Source: Methanobacteriota archaeon
GTDB lineage: Archaea; Thermoplasmatota; Poseidoniia; Poseidoniales; Poseidoniaceae
Direction: 5' to 3'
NCBI GenBank assembly: GCA_009937205.1
Contig: JAACCR010000014.1
Location: 1-41,841, forward strand
Length of the DNA stretch: 41,841 nucleotides
Shown: piece after piece, positions 22,601-29,307 of the stretch
How the letters are laid out: the number at the start of each line of letters is the position of its first letter
How positions within the stretch are numbered: position 1 is the stretch's first letter
Notes under the pieces: model-generated
What the model saw: only the letters and a program-made list of their open reading frames with translations
Told to the model about the DNA's origin: nothing
The model's database searches: none
Made by a program: the position numbers and the translations under genes

Positions 22601-22772
22601 AGGTCCATCAGGTCCTGCTCCCAAGATAGAACCTGAGCCAGAGGAAAACGATTACAGCAAAGATGAAAGTTACCGCGTTGACGATGAAGGAACAGAATGG
22701 TGGGAAGATGATGCTGGAACTTGGTGGTATCGCCAACAAGGCGAAGCTGATTGGTCTCAATGGGAAGACTGA
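13689..22772 (+). CDS. Giant cell-surface protein (3027 aa) with DNRLRE-type repeats, FN3/Ig-like domains and a C-terminal TM anchor
   Basis: Signal-like N-terminus, seven ~325-aa modules (DTY[IV]D...A.L.L...W.E...TW...W[DN]VT...S.E...RP.L), Ig-like stalk, TM helix and acidic Trp-rich tail. GAGGTG lies upstream of the ATG. Confidence 0.88.
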   Translation: MSPMLRDNKKPQTSVAILMIVLFLFADLALPSAVPQWKELEDNPTINRVISSVSPSEDTYIDSFYPNDNFEQASNGTLNGGAITPSRLLFSFNMSFGSTDTIHSATLSLNCTTDATVSTDIAMYPAAITTSWNVTQVTWMNSAMNTMWNSPGADGSSERGVWEPPHRAMANGTMLVNVTALAQQAASNNQNTLELIVASEGAEYTCEMSESSIMAQRPSLILDTSSSAAGNGGSVTADFVEEGASLMTGDFILMAEKNPTLSYDSLVGSGVEFQLSLDSSFKSNEDLTWHYSTMSNSFTTTSSSGTFDVPSGSEISNGSVIYYRVRSMDSTDTLSDWNDSYFLLPEFSVTDNGDGTATIEIDADDMGLNDDFIEDAQVDQLSINTKFGSNDKMEVMMSTTKESVVHMRLNLDQIGLHSNATIQSADLNLSRFSTSGAPELSIHEVNAEGVWDEDDTTWRRSDSSTLWDDGGRGLLSVSSDTMVGTSSSTDTSFELTDAIQGWIRDGASGSKDFMLIGRGDEGSYSSSGLQGINFYSSENSDDTKKPNFELTYSWSSNTTIANTNLLGPEQGKAVWDQVGHNLSGNSTPSLTWSGTVSSSYDVIYEIATDSFFRDRVNQIDTRTDSNFTSSQGIFNLTGVDELSTGNMYFWRMSHVDNDGLRGEWSYSNFLVSGLTSTWLGDDRYEFRLRDGNGTNDGLYPECDDTYIDSGSPTSNYDEETEMQISYNTWPSETSVLFNCDLVANLLPSGYAVESAHLAVKLADYPSGSPNVAVWESRQHNWTAEGATWTTYDGVNNWASAGANGWERGSLIDSLTVGNSYSVGDTLEWNVTLGIQNAMRDDRAADFIIGVTGVGTGSDRDIMIYPGSTSTASYRPQLSFVYVPGSDAIPNDPVPLSPLNGSWSVTPGIETAPESRPELGWSFNGTMSIGGWAVQLDKSTSFSTPDLIMTTSWLDTGFDTTNLTYTPASNLDNGSTWYWRVRAISTTNQLGNWSQTFNFLLPDITTWPIDSENAAVELRHRKAMPSLNIPDFTDTYVIEGGSGSSSTYDTSGYIYVGEMATGYQSAGLIKIPLNQLPNPSNARITNADLNLYSIFGSSIDEPLAIRPVLQSWNADANDTTYDGINNWSTLGGRHIGSDIGTYVDIQDSVSAGWMTWDVTEAIQASQAAGSSELSLMIYASSTVTQDYVQFISTDSTSSDKPWLNLTWSNGSASIPTIAGNNAGPSNNAITWNATSHAAIPEYKPTMSWTHSNSANIDDWRVFIMADANEEMEGLTTYDSRSQPQLFDLTNLTFTPGTDITHTREVRWMVQPVVDKMLGPRSTSTVFHIPEEMSGEVDSTTAWVSLQEGAYVEPLSYPALTEDTYVDSGNRFTSFGNTTTVNVGVSPLSSNHYANTLISFDLGVIPLPSIYEIQNATLEMSVLSGSGSVFTSVSVMNTYWNESSQWAAPSATVNWIAPGAHQSNDSDLPFTEGQWINSSGDTVIWNLTAAIQEAIHNGQTSISLIIQGEELNPTMGTYALHSSESPNNDMRPRINFTYIEQAPWIPPASTGLLPADGTTLWDTSTPRPSGLSVFDVNWTEHQTNETSWVACKSYSPRMFYSDCIDLADLSGTNMSFNSATNTMTISNNSYEDAWTYWRVRADQNNRIGQWSTVNSFRTPDSIGSDDGNGNHTVILSRGSIFSESGLLPLAPDVELESTVTSNQGSSNTLDLGTTSSGTGESQILLEFYLGDIPWPAAMTPTSMVLKLWREQVIGTTSTTVSAHACSSFTESVATWSNAPTCSTTELTRTTLTLMPPNGWHEFDLTSLAQSNIANGNTTMSILLKVVGAPGTTHRFFSSDYSTNESRRPQLVLDYVDNTAGIIPPSQPSLLFPLDGSVLYDTSEVVIQSQSNPVLSWNLVNGASGYIVTIANSTGVYKFKSWESTYINGTTFRFNDLLDSGDVFSWWVQGVNQTIPGPSSARWSFAIGDPSHTDNQDMTFTYDFQTGNEVMQFGHTNIRDSTLSEANPNENMGDVDYLSIGTGCDSVANAECKAVIGLDNSQIPFAPFQKIHSASLGFYISSMSASGGASSLDISVHKMLLSSWSQSASSWNESMPGMNWSAPGLQAGVEYDATAITTITLPSTATGWFWLDIGVDGMLIDNDNQWVIIATPNAGSFALDVYSSEYASSTHRPKIQLNTTNVSSISIAPTLPTTDADSTFSFSHQAYNHQVLQISAPVTWSSSDGSIDSFGLFTPRSVGTHTITACFGLICSSESITVTPGVPTNLDVTPLTGQITSDESLEITATVVDQFGNAVSGELITYSATNGSMGGINGNIYYPHESGTQTVTVTWGTQSIDVVISVDTGTPAYFELTGCEGTVPAGEWCDITHLLYDQYGNLLNISQAGLLTWSTDDGNYSELNGQYFPDHLGVWNLTLTSISGASAQIEITVGHGEMQSLELAVSSTSITADEIVYINTTRIDVRGNRLNVTLPIENWTKIADGNLSAGETATWNPVSRGSKLLQARYESITADVTITVAEGAITSLVLIVDSEPASWQNMLMTADETLTVKVKAIDMKDNRWTITANWSISHQDYQGAFESDLPNDQAIFMAEYASLSQYTITATYDDGNMIHTISIYATVSHGVLTDIDLSSISSEDDVSSEYDITSDDWIDFSAELSDFENNPIDSSILRWSLTEESSGEVTDITDELVANGMRWEAELIGNYTIKAFNNSQSGYEIGDSVSITVHHGRAVILSAIGDANTATAGFEITITITGEDSDGNTFPQNVEWQENNGIAHDINATSEDGIYTYQARIEGPHLLTYSSSATVNGEIQLAVSAKRTVTHLKVELSSDSVEQLGEFTVNVTAFDEFWNKIPVPPSTLVDSTGRAEILNQGDGVWRIITLDEGSQTITVQSGQVSEDRTFTVTGTLEGFFEAGGILYYVGAFLAAAIAIVLLIVLKIVLSGKDDEWDEDEEDEEDDDEPTPERRKPTRGGAAGPSGPAPKIEPEPEENDYSKDESYRVDDEGTEWWEDDAGTWWYRQQGEADWSQWED
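13857..20220 (+). repeat. Seven degenerate protein-level tandem repeats (~0.92-0.99 kb period)
   Basis: Module starts EDTYIDS (~13857), EDAQVDQ (~14808), DDTYIDS (~15795), TDTYVIE (~16783), EDTYVDS (~17767), PDVELES (~18753) and RDSTLSE (~19674). Confidence 0.8.
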
Positions 22773-22803
22773 AAATCAAGTAATTTAGTTGTCAGGTGGT
22801 TCT

Positions 22804-25425
22804 ATGATAGGTATTGCAAATAACAAAAAATACTTATTTGCTTTGATTCTAACAATCTTGTTAACCCAAGCATTTCAGCCGATGGCAGTTGAATCATTAG
22901 ATGATGATGTTGCAATGCTAGCAGGCACTCCAAGTAGAATTGAAGTGACCTCACCACAATATTCTATGACCGCTGATGAAGTTGTTGTTTTTGAAGCAGT
23001 ATTGTATGATTCTGTAAATAATGTTGCCCAGGGAGAAGTTACTTGGAGTTGTAGCAATGGAACTATTGATAGCAATGGTTTATTCTTTCCTTGGACTGCA
23101 GGATTGATTGAAATCCGCGCCGATCACGCTTCATTGAATTCAACATACAACATCACAGTAACATCGGGTCAAGCAAACACATTGCGGATTACGACACTTT
23201 CACCTCAGGTTTTACAACCTTATACATTAAGTGCTAATGAAGTGGATTCAAGAGGTAATGAAAAAGTTAGCACCGATGTGGTTTGGACGATTGATGGAGA
23301 TTATATTGGTCAGGGCAATCCTCAATGGATTGCTGAAGATATCGGAAATACTAATCTCAGAGTGCGTTTAAACCAAATGGAATCTAATGTTGTTGTCGAA
23401 GTACTTCCAGGAAACCCATCTGAGTTTATACTGCCTGAAGGGATTCAAGTTCGCTCTGGACAATCTGTTTTATTAGAGCCAAAACTAGTAGACGCTAACG
23501 GTTTCACGATGAATGTTTCAACCGCTGGTTCAATCTCATGGTATGCGGAAAATGGTTCAATCAATAATCAAGGATTATATCAAGCATCAGCACCGGGGCT
23601 TTGGAATATTTCGATTTCAGCAGGTGGAATATTTGGTAATGGTAGCCTATATGTTGTGCCAGCCAATGCCATGATTTCACAATTGGTCATAATGGAGGAA
23701 CTAGAGTCGTATGCCGCCGGTACTGCATACGAAATTGCAACTATTAGAACTGACAATAATGGATATTCGGGCTATGTCATCCCCCCATTATCGAATTGGT
23801 CAATTTCAAGTGGAGGACTTCATTATGAAGATGAAAAGGTTTGGTGGACTCCTAGTTCAACAGGACAAGTAACACTGCAAGTTGTTGATGAAGATGTATC
23901 TTCTAGTCTAGAAGTAAATGTGGTTCATGGGAATGCAATAGACGCCACCCTATCCTTCAGTAAATCTCATTTGACAGCAGGAACTCAATGTGTTGTATTC
24001 TTTGAAGCGTTTGACCGCTCTGGCAATCATTGGCCAGTAGACGGAGAAATCTCTCTAGCAACAGGTAATGCTTCTTTGACTCAGATTGAGTCAGACCATG
24101 CAATATTCAACCCACAAATAGTTGGAACGTGGAGATTTGAAGCCACCTGGTTTGACAATTCTACAGATTCAAGATATAATGTGGCCAATCAAATTGAAGT
24201 CAACCACGGCCATCTTTCGTTTATTCATCTAAACGGAAACTCGATGATCTTACCTGCAGATACTCCATTATTACTCGACCCACAATTCACAGATGCCTAT
24301 GGCAACCAAATAGTCGGAGTAAATGTTAATTGGACCATTGACGATATAGATTCAACATTAGAACTCATTTTATCACAAGGATATTTTTCTTCTTCAATAG
24401 TTGGTGGCCATGAAATAAGGGCAAATGCTGATGGTATTTTTGCAACGATAAGATTGACAGTTGTAGCAGGTTCAGCACAGCATTTGATAACGGATAAGGA
24501 TAGTGGTATTACAGCGATTGCGGGTGAGGAAACGGACATATTCGTTCAGGTGGTTGATATTCATGGAAATACTGCACCGAGTAATAATTTAACCAATGAT
24601 TTACCGGTTTCAATTGGTGTTTTGGAGACTTCATCCACAGGAATTGGTTATTGGACATTCACGGGGAAGACAGCAGGAATATACACATTGACAATCGAAG
24701 AAGGAGATGCCCATCGAGAGATTGAATTGACTGTATTACCTGGTAAAGCAGTTCGTATTGAAGCAGAAATCGATGGTGATGCACTATCGCAAGGTGATAT
24801 ATTTTTACTAAGGGCAAATGGTATTGATTCATTTGGAAATAATGTTGAAATCGATGCGGAAAATACTACTATTTCTTGCACAGCAGGACCAACCTCACAT
24901 GTGACAACGGATACATGGGAGGTGGAGATTACATCTGCTGGAAACGATCGTTCCTGTACAATAATGTGGGAAGGAATAATTGCTCAAAATTTCTTTGATG
25001 TTGAATCGGTATTGCTTGGTGGATCAGTGGGCTCCACAAATACGGCTATGGGATTGGGTGCCTTCCTTCTTTCTCTTGTTTTGATTACACTTGTCGTCCT
25101 AATTCGCAAAGCTAATCAAGTCCCTGAAGATGAATGGATTGAAGACGCATTTGATTATGATGAAGAAAAACCTGAAAGTTCAGCCTCGCAGGAAGATGAA
25201 GAAAAAGAACAATCCGAATCAGATTCTGCTAGTGATCAACAAACCAATGGTGACTGGATTGACAATGCCATGAAAACCGAACTAGCAGCAGTAGCTGCAG
25301 AGGTTGGAGTAATGCAAGCAGCACCGGGTACAGAACAAGGTTCAACAGGTTGGTATGTAGATGTCAGCGAAGAAGTACAGTACTGGGATGTTGCTGACGA
25401 TGGTACTTGGAATAGAGTCTCGTGA
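22804..25425 (+). CDS. Membrane-anchored surface protein with Ig-like repeats
   Basis: Signal peptide, repeated D..GN / VTWS / G.F motifs resembling the stalk of the upstream giant protein, TM helix and acidic Trp-containing tail. AGGTG precedes ATG 22804. Confidence 0.82.
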   Translation: MIGIANNKKYLFALILTILLTQAFQPMAVESLDDDVAMLAGTPSRIEVTSPQYSMTADEVVVFEAVLYDSVNNVAQGEVTWSCSNGTIDSNGLFFPWTAGLIEIRADHASLNSTYNITVTSGQANTLRITTLSPQVLQPYTLSANEVDSRGNEKVSTDVVWTIDGDYIGQGNPQWIAEDIGNTNLRVRLNQMESNVVVEVLPGNPSEFILPEGIQVRSGQSVLLEPKLVDANGFTMNVSTAGSISWYAENGSINNQGLYQASAPGLWNISISAGGIFGNGSLYVVPANAMISQLVIMEELESYAAGTAYEIATIRTDNNGYSGYVIPPLSNWSISSGGLHYEDEKVWWTPSSTGQVTLQVVDEDVSSSLEVNVVHGNAIDATLSFSKSHLTAGTQCVVFFEAFDRSGNHWPVDGEISLATGNASLTQIESDHAIFNPQIVGTWRFEATWFDNSTDSRYNVANQIEVNHGHLSFIHLNGNSMILPADTPLLLDPQFTDAYGNQIVGVNVNWTIDDIDSTLELILSQGYFSSSIVGGHEIRANADGIFATIRLTVVAGSAQHLITDKDSGITAIAGEETDIFVQVVDIHGNTAPSNNLTNDLPVSIGVLETSSTGIGYWTFTGKTAGIYTLTIEEGDAHREIELTVLPGKAVRIEAEIDGDALSQGDIFLLRANGIDSFGNNVEIDAENTTISCTAGPTSHVTTDTWEVEITSAGNDRSCTIMWEGIIAQNFFDVESVLLGGSVGSTNTAMGLGAFLLSLVLITLVVLIRKANQVPEDEWIEDAFDYDEEKPESSASQEDEEKEQSESDSASDQQTNGDWIDNAMKTELAAVAAEVGVMQAAPGTEQGSTGWYVDVSEEVQYWDVADDGTWNRVS

Positions 25426-25436
25426 GAATCACACAC

Positions 25437-26870
25437 TCATTCTAAGAGTTGTGCGATAACCTTCATTTCAACAGCAATCGGTGTAGGTAATGCTCGTATT
25501 GCTAATGTAGTCCTGGTAGGTCCTATTTTGCCTAATGTTTCAGCCCAAACTTCATTGTAACCTTGGAAATCTCTCTTCATATCGACTAAGAATGTTGTAA
25601 CATCAATAACTTGGTCCAAAGAGGAACCCGCTTCTTCTAAGATTGATGCGATATTATCTATTACAGCTTGAGTTTGAGCCTTGATATCATAATCAAGAGG
25701 CTCTCCATTTTCGTCATGTATTGGACCACCGGGAATTGAGTTTGTCACCGCTTGACGTGGACCTACTCCAGAAAGATAGAGCAAATCACCTACGCGTCTC
25801 GCATGGGGATATGCGCCTACTGGCTTTGGAGCAGAATCAGTATTGACTGAACCATCTGCCATTGTAGGCTCCCATAAAGCAGGACCATTCTCTTCAGCAG
25901 TTGTAACTTCATCAATTGCCTCAGTATTTTTGTCAATAGCCGCATCCTCTGAATCGTTTGAATCTAAGACACTACGATCGCCATGGAAATATTCTACATC
26001 GTCCTCGTCATATTCCTTATCGCCAGTTCCGCATGAAGCAGGGTCTAAGTGTATTACTGCAGCACCAGCACCATGAATTGCTTCATAGGCTAATACTTCT
26101 CCAGTCAAATCATTTCGATTATCGTTGATAGCTGAAAGCCACCACATTGGCTTGAATGCTACAACCTTTCTGATACGGATTTGCTTTTGAATTGTGCGTG
26201 ATAATTGACCTACATCTTCAAGTCGTCCCTTTTCCATCAATTCAAGGATTTTACAATTCCACTCATCATCTTTTAGTGAATGAATTTTATCATCAGCGGG
26301 ATCAATATTTTCGGTAAACATTCTATTGGAAAGTGACATTGCAGTAATTGCTATTGCTTTTCGTCCAGTACTACGGACAACATCTAAGCATGCTTTTGCC
26401 ATTACCGAGGTTTCAGAACGATTGGCATAAACGTTGGAAGAAACTATTACTGCTGGAATTGCATTATCGGGATTTAATAGTTTTAGAGCAACAACTGAGC
26501 CAACATCTATTGGGAATCCATAGTAGTTCACCGTACGACTCTTTAGGCCGCGTTGATGATTTGCTTCGTTCCAAGCATTAGCAAATTCAGAATCAATATT
26601 GAATGAATAAGGTATTGAGCCAAGGTCATGAAAATCATGGTCGACCATAACCCATTCCGGATTAGGATCAGCTTGAATTTGGTGACCGATGATGCTAGGC
26701 CAAGTTGTTGAGTAAATAATTAGTAAGTCTGCCTCACTATTTTTGATACGGAGGGCAGCTTCATCAAATGCTTCTCTAAGTTTTGTCCAACCAGGGTTTT
26801 GTTCAGGAACGAGATAGGTGTGAGGGTGGACAGGAACAATGTATGAGCCTATGATTTCACCGTCACTCAT
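25437..26870 (-). CDS. Fusion of a 2-aminophenol 1,6-dioxygenase alpha-like subunit (AmnA, LigB fold) and a RidA-family 2-aminomuconate deaminase-like domain
   Basis: N-terminal LigB-type domain (LIIYSTTWPSIIGHQ, GFPIDVGSVVALKLLNP), acidic linker, then RidA domain (APKPVGAYPHARRVGDLLYLSGVGPR, PTRTT, PTPIAVEMKVIA). The ATG overlaps the amnB stop (ATGA) and follows GGAGGA. Confidence 0.85.
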   Translation of the reverse strand: MSDGEIIGSYIVPVHPHTYLVPEQNPGWTKLREAFDEAALRIKNSEADLLIIYSTTWPSIIGHQIQADPNPEWVMVDHDFHDLGSIPYSFNIDSEFANAWNEANHQRGLKSRTVNYYGFPIDVGSVVALKLLNPDNAIPAVIVSSNVYANRSETSVMAKACLDVVRSTGRKAIAITAMSLSNRMFTENIDPADDKIHSLKDDEWNCKILELMEKGRLEDVGQLSRTIQKQIRIRKVVAFKPMWWLSAINDNRNDLTGEVLAYEAIHGAGAAVIHLDPASCGTGDKEYDEDDVEYFHGDRSVLDSNDSEDAAIDKNTEAIDEVTTAEENGPALWEPTMADGSVNTDSAPKPVGAYPHARRVGDLLYLSGVGPRQAVTNSIPGGPIHDENGEPLDYDIKAQTQAVIDNIASILEEAGSSLDQVIDVTTFLVDMKRDFQGYNEVWAETLGKIGPTRTTLAIRALPTPIAVEMKVIAQLLE

Positions 26871-27769
26871 TGTGATTCCTCCTCGTGTTTGTAACAAGGC
26901 CATTCTACTACCGCATTACCTGTTCCGATGATAGTTCCATATCCATGCAGTATTGCAGGGTAATCTGGTGTATTTAGCGCAGAGATAAGCCATGATAATC
27001 CTCCACCATCACTTTCAGCAATCGCTTGTTCAATAAATTCAGGCATCTCATCGAGGATTCTCTGAGTCTGTCCTGAACGAATATAATCAATAATTCTCAT
27101 ATCCCAAAGATGCATTGCATGGCTTGCAATATGCTCTTTACTCATGTCTTCCGGAATCTCTGATTCGGTGGTAAAGTGGCGATGTGATAGGGAATTACTT
27201 GCCAAAATAATTGCCTTCTTACCACTTTCTTCAATAGTTTCTCTAGTGATTCTTCCTAGTTCAATCATCATCTCCTGCATTACTTCAGCAGAATAATAAT
27301 CTGTAGAACGGTTTGATGAGATTACAACTAAGGGTTTGTCCCATTTTGGATTGAATAAATGCCCAGTAGTAATGGTTCCATAGTCGACTCTAAAATCAGG
27401 ATTTTCCATCATTTTGACTGCTAATCCAGCCTTTTCTGCATTGTCGTGTATTTGTTTTGCCAATTCAACATCAACATTTAGATCATAATGGTATCTAAAT
27501 AAGTTTGGAAAAACAGGGTCAACACTCAAGCTTTGAAAGTTTTCCAATCCTAAAAAGTGAGTTCCGACATATGTTTGCCAGTGGGGTGAAAGAATTACTA
27601 TTACATCATGATCAATTTCCGAAAGAGATTCACGCAGTCTTTCATATCCCCAGCGCAATTGTTCCCAACCGCCTTCGGAAGTCGGTTCATTTTGGTCTGG
27701 ATTTTCGGCATAAACCAAATGAGGGGGGTGAGGTGCAATGCATCCTGCGACTATTCTCCCCTTCGCCAT
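26867..27769 (-). CDS. amnB: 2-aminophenol 1,6-dioxygenase beta (catalytic) subunit
   Basis: APHPPHLVYAENP.QNEP, GGWEQLRWGYER, SPHW, VDPVFPNLFRY, FRVDYGTIT, LSHRHF, PEDMSKE, AIAE and YGTIIGTGNAVVEW closely match AmnB/CnbC-type sequences as I recall them. Start set at ATG 27769. Confidence 0.9.
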   Translation of the reverse strand: MAKGRIVAGCIAPHPPHLVYAENPDQNEPTSEGGWEQLRWGYERLRESLSEIDHDVIVILSPHWQTYVGTHFLGLENFQSLSVDPVFPNLFRYHYDLNVDVELAKQIHDNAEKAGLAVKMMENPDFRVDYGTITTGHLFNPKWDKPLVVISSNRSTDYYSAEVMQEMMIELGRITRETIEESGKKAIILASNSLSHRHFTTESEIPEDMSKEHIASHAMHLWDMRIIDYIRSGQTQRILDEMPEFIEQAIAESDGGGLSWLISALNTPDYPAILHGYGTIIGTGNAVVEWPCYKHEEESQ

Positions 27770-27872
27770 ATCATGACGCAAAGGGTGAGGGTCTTTATCG
27801 GATTCGGCCAATGCCGTTATTTTCAAATTGAAAACCCGAAGACTCAAGGATAAATCACTTCTCGCCAACAAT

Positions 27873-28367
27873 ATGGCTGAAATTGAGGTGCAAGTAGTTC
27901 CAGCGAATGATGGAGAAGAGTGGAACTCCGTTGCTGGATGGCTACCCAAATCATTTCGACATGCCATATCTCCAATGATGATTGGTGCGCTATTTGGAGC
28001 ATTTTGGCAGACAATTATACTTCCCAATATGGCCTATGGTTATCCATCACCAGTTCAAGGTGCATTCATTTTAGCGCTATTATTTTCACCTTTAATGTAC
28101 AAATATTTGCTACCTGATCACAATGGTGACTTGAAAGAATATGCCATGGGCCTTGGCATTCTTGGGCTTGCCTATTCATTAATTTGGGTTTCAGGATGGG
28201 GTGCAATGTTTTGTGGAGGGTATCTATCAGTATTGATCTGGGTATGGATTAATACTACCTGGTGGCAATATGAGTTGCCTTCATTCCGTTACGGAATTTG
28301 GCATGCTATTGGAATTGACATTGGAGCATTTGGTGGAGCGATTCTAGCCTATAATATCTATCTGTGA
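27873..28367 (+). CDS. Small polytopic membrane protein (~5 TM), unknown function
   Basis: Strongly hydrophobic ORF divergent from amnB. Start moved to ATG 27873. Confidence 0.75.
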   Translation: MAEIEVQVVPANDGEEWNSVAGWLPKSFRHAISPMMIGALFGAFWQTIILPNMAYGYPSPVQGAFILALLFSPLMYKYLLPDHNGDLKEYAMGLGILGLAYSLIWVSGWGAMFCGGYLSVLIWVWINTTWWQYELPSFRYGIWHAIGIDIGAFGGAILAYNIYL

Positions 28368-28374
28368 CAATAAA

Positions 28375-29196
28375 TCATTCTGAATATGATTCATCTTCAC
28401 TAGGGAAGTCTCCAGAACGAACATCATCACAATATTGTGTGATTGCATTGTTAATGTCGGTTGATAGATTCAGATAGCGACGTAAGAACCGTGGTGAGAA
28501 ATCCATGGTGATTCCCAGTAAGTCGTGGAGAACAAGTACTTGTCCATCGCAATCAGGTCCAGCCCCAATACCAATGGTTGGGATGGAAATAGATTCACTG
28601 ACTTTCTTAGCCAGTTCGCGAGGTATCTTTTCCAATACAATCGCAAAGCAACCAGCATCTTCTAGCAGTTTAGCATCCGAGATTAGTTTCGCAGCTTCTT
28701 CATCTTCCTTTGCTCTAACCGTATAGGTTCCGAATTTGTAAATTGACTGGGGCGTAAGTCCGAGGTGACCCATTACTGGTATTCCAGCGGTTAGAATTCT
28801 CTTGACCGATTCAACTACTTCAGAACCGCCTTCAAGTTTTACTGAATGCCCATTTGATTCTTTCATTATCCGTACCGCAGATTCTAGGGCGACTGTAGAA
28901 TTACCTTGGTATGATCCAAATGGCATATCTACAACTATCAATGCTCTGTCGACTGCTCTTTCAACACACTGTGCATGGTATATCATATGGTCCAATGTGA
29001 TTGGTACAGTTGTTGCATGGCCGGCCATGACATTAGATGCAGAATCTCCTACGAGAATAATATCAACACCGGCTTTGTCAACCAGTTTAGCCAATGAGAA
29101 GTCATAGGCTGTCAGCATGGTGATTTTTTCACCCGCACCCTTCATTTCTTGCAAGGTGTTTGTAGTAACCTTCCTCGCTTGGCCATGAATGGACAT
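28375..29196 (-). CDS. panB: 3-methyl-2-oxobutanoate hydroxymethyltransferase
   Basis: [33 protein letters not shown] and IGIGAG..CDGQVLV..D motifs. Confidence 0.97.
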   Translation of the reverse strand: MSIHGQARKVTTNTLQEMKGAGEKITMLTAYDFSLAKLVDKAGVDIILVGDSASNVMAGHATTVPITLDHMIYHAQCVERAVDRALIVVDMPFGSYQGNSTVALESAVRIMKESNGHSVKLEGGSEVVESVKRILTAGIPVMGHLGLTPQSIYKFGTYTVRAKEDEEAAKLISDAKLLEDAGCFAIVLEKIPRELAKKVSESISIPTIGIGAGPDCDGQVLVLHDLLGITMDFSPRFLRRYLNLSTDINNAITQYCDDVRSGDFPSEDESYSE

Positions 29197-29307
29197 AACA
29201 CTGCCAATCGTCAAGTAGTTTTCAATCAATCGCCGAATATCATTTCTCAATTAGCATCGCCACATTTGTTATGACTGGTCACTTATTGGCTATGTGTGGG
29301 ACAGACT

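Noticed and set aside
13880-25436. Many short antisense or alternate-frame ORFs within the large surface-protein genes
   Set aside because: These are expected shadows of long Ser/Thr-rich reading frames, with no independent motifs.
27770-28027. N-terminal extension of amnB in the ORF track (similar extensions for gatD, panB, metK, the AroE-like gene and the ALDH)
   Set aside because: Family similarity starts at downstream ATGs that have RBS or promoter support, and some extensions overlap neighbouring genes.
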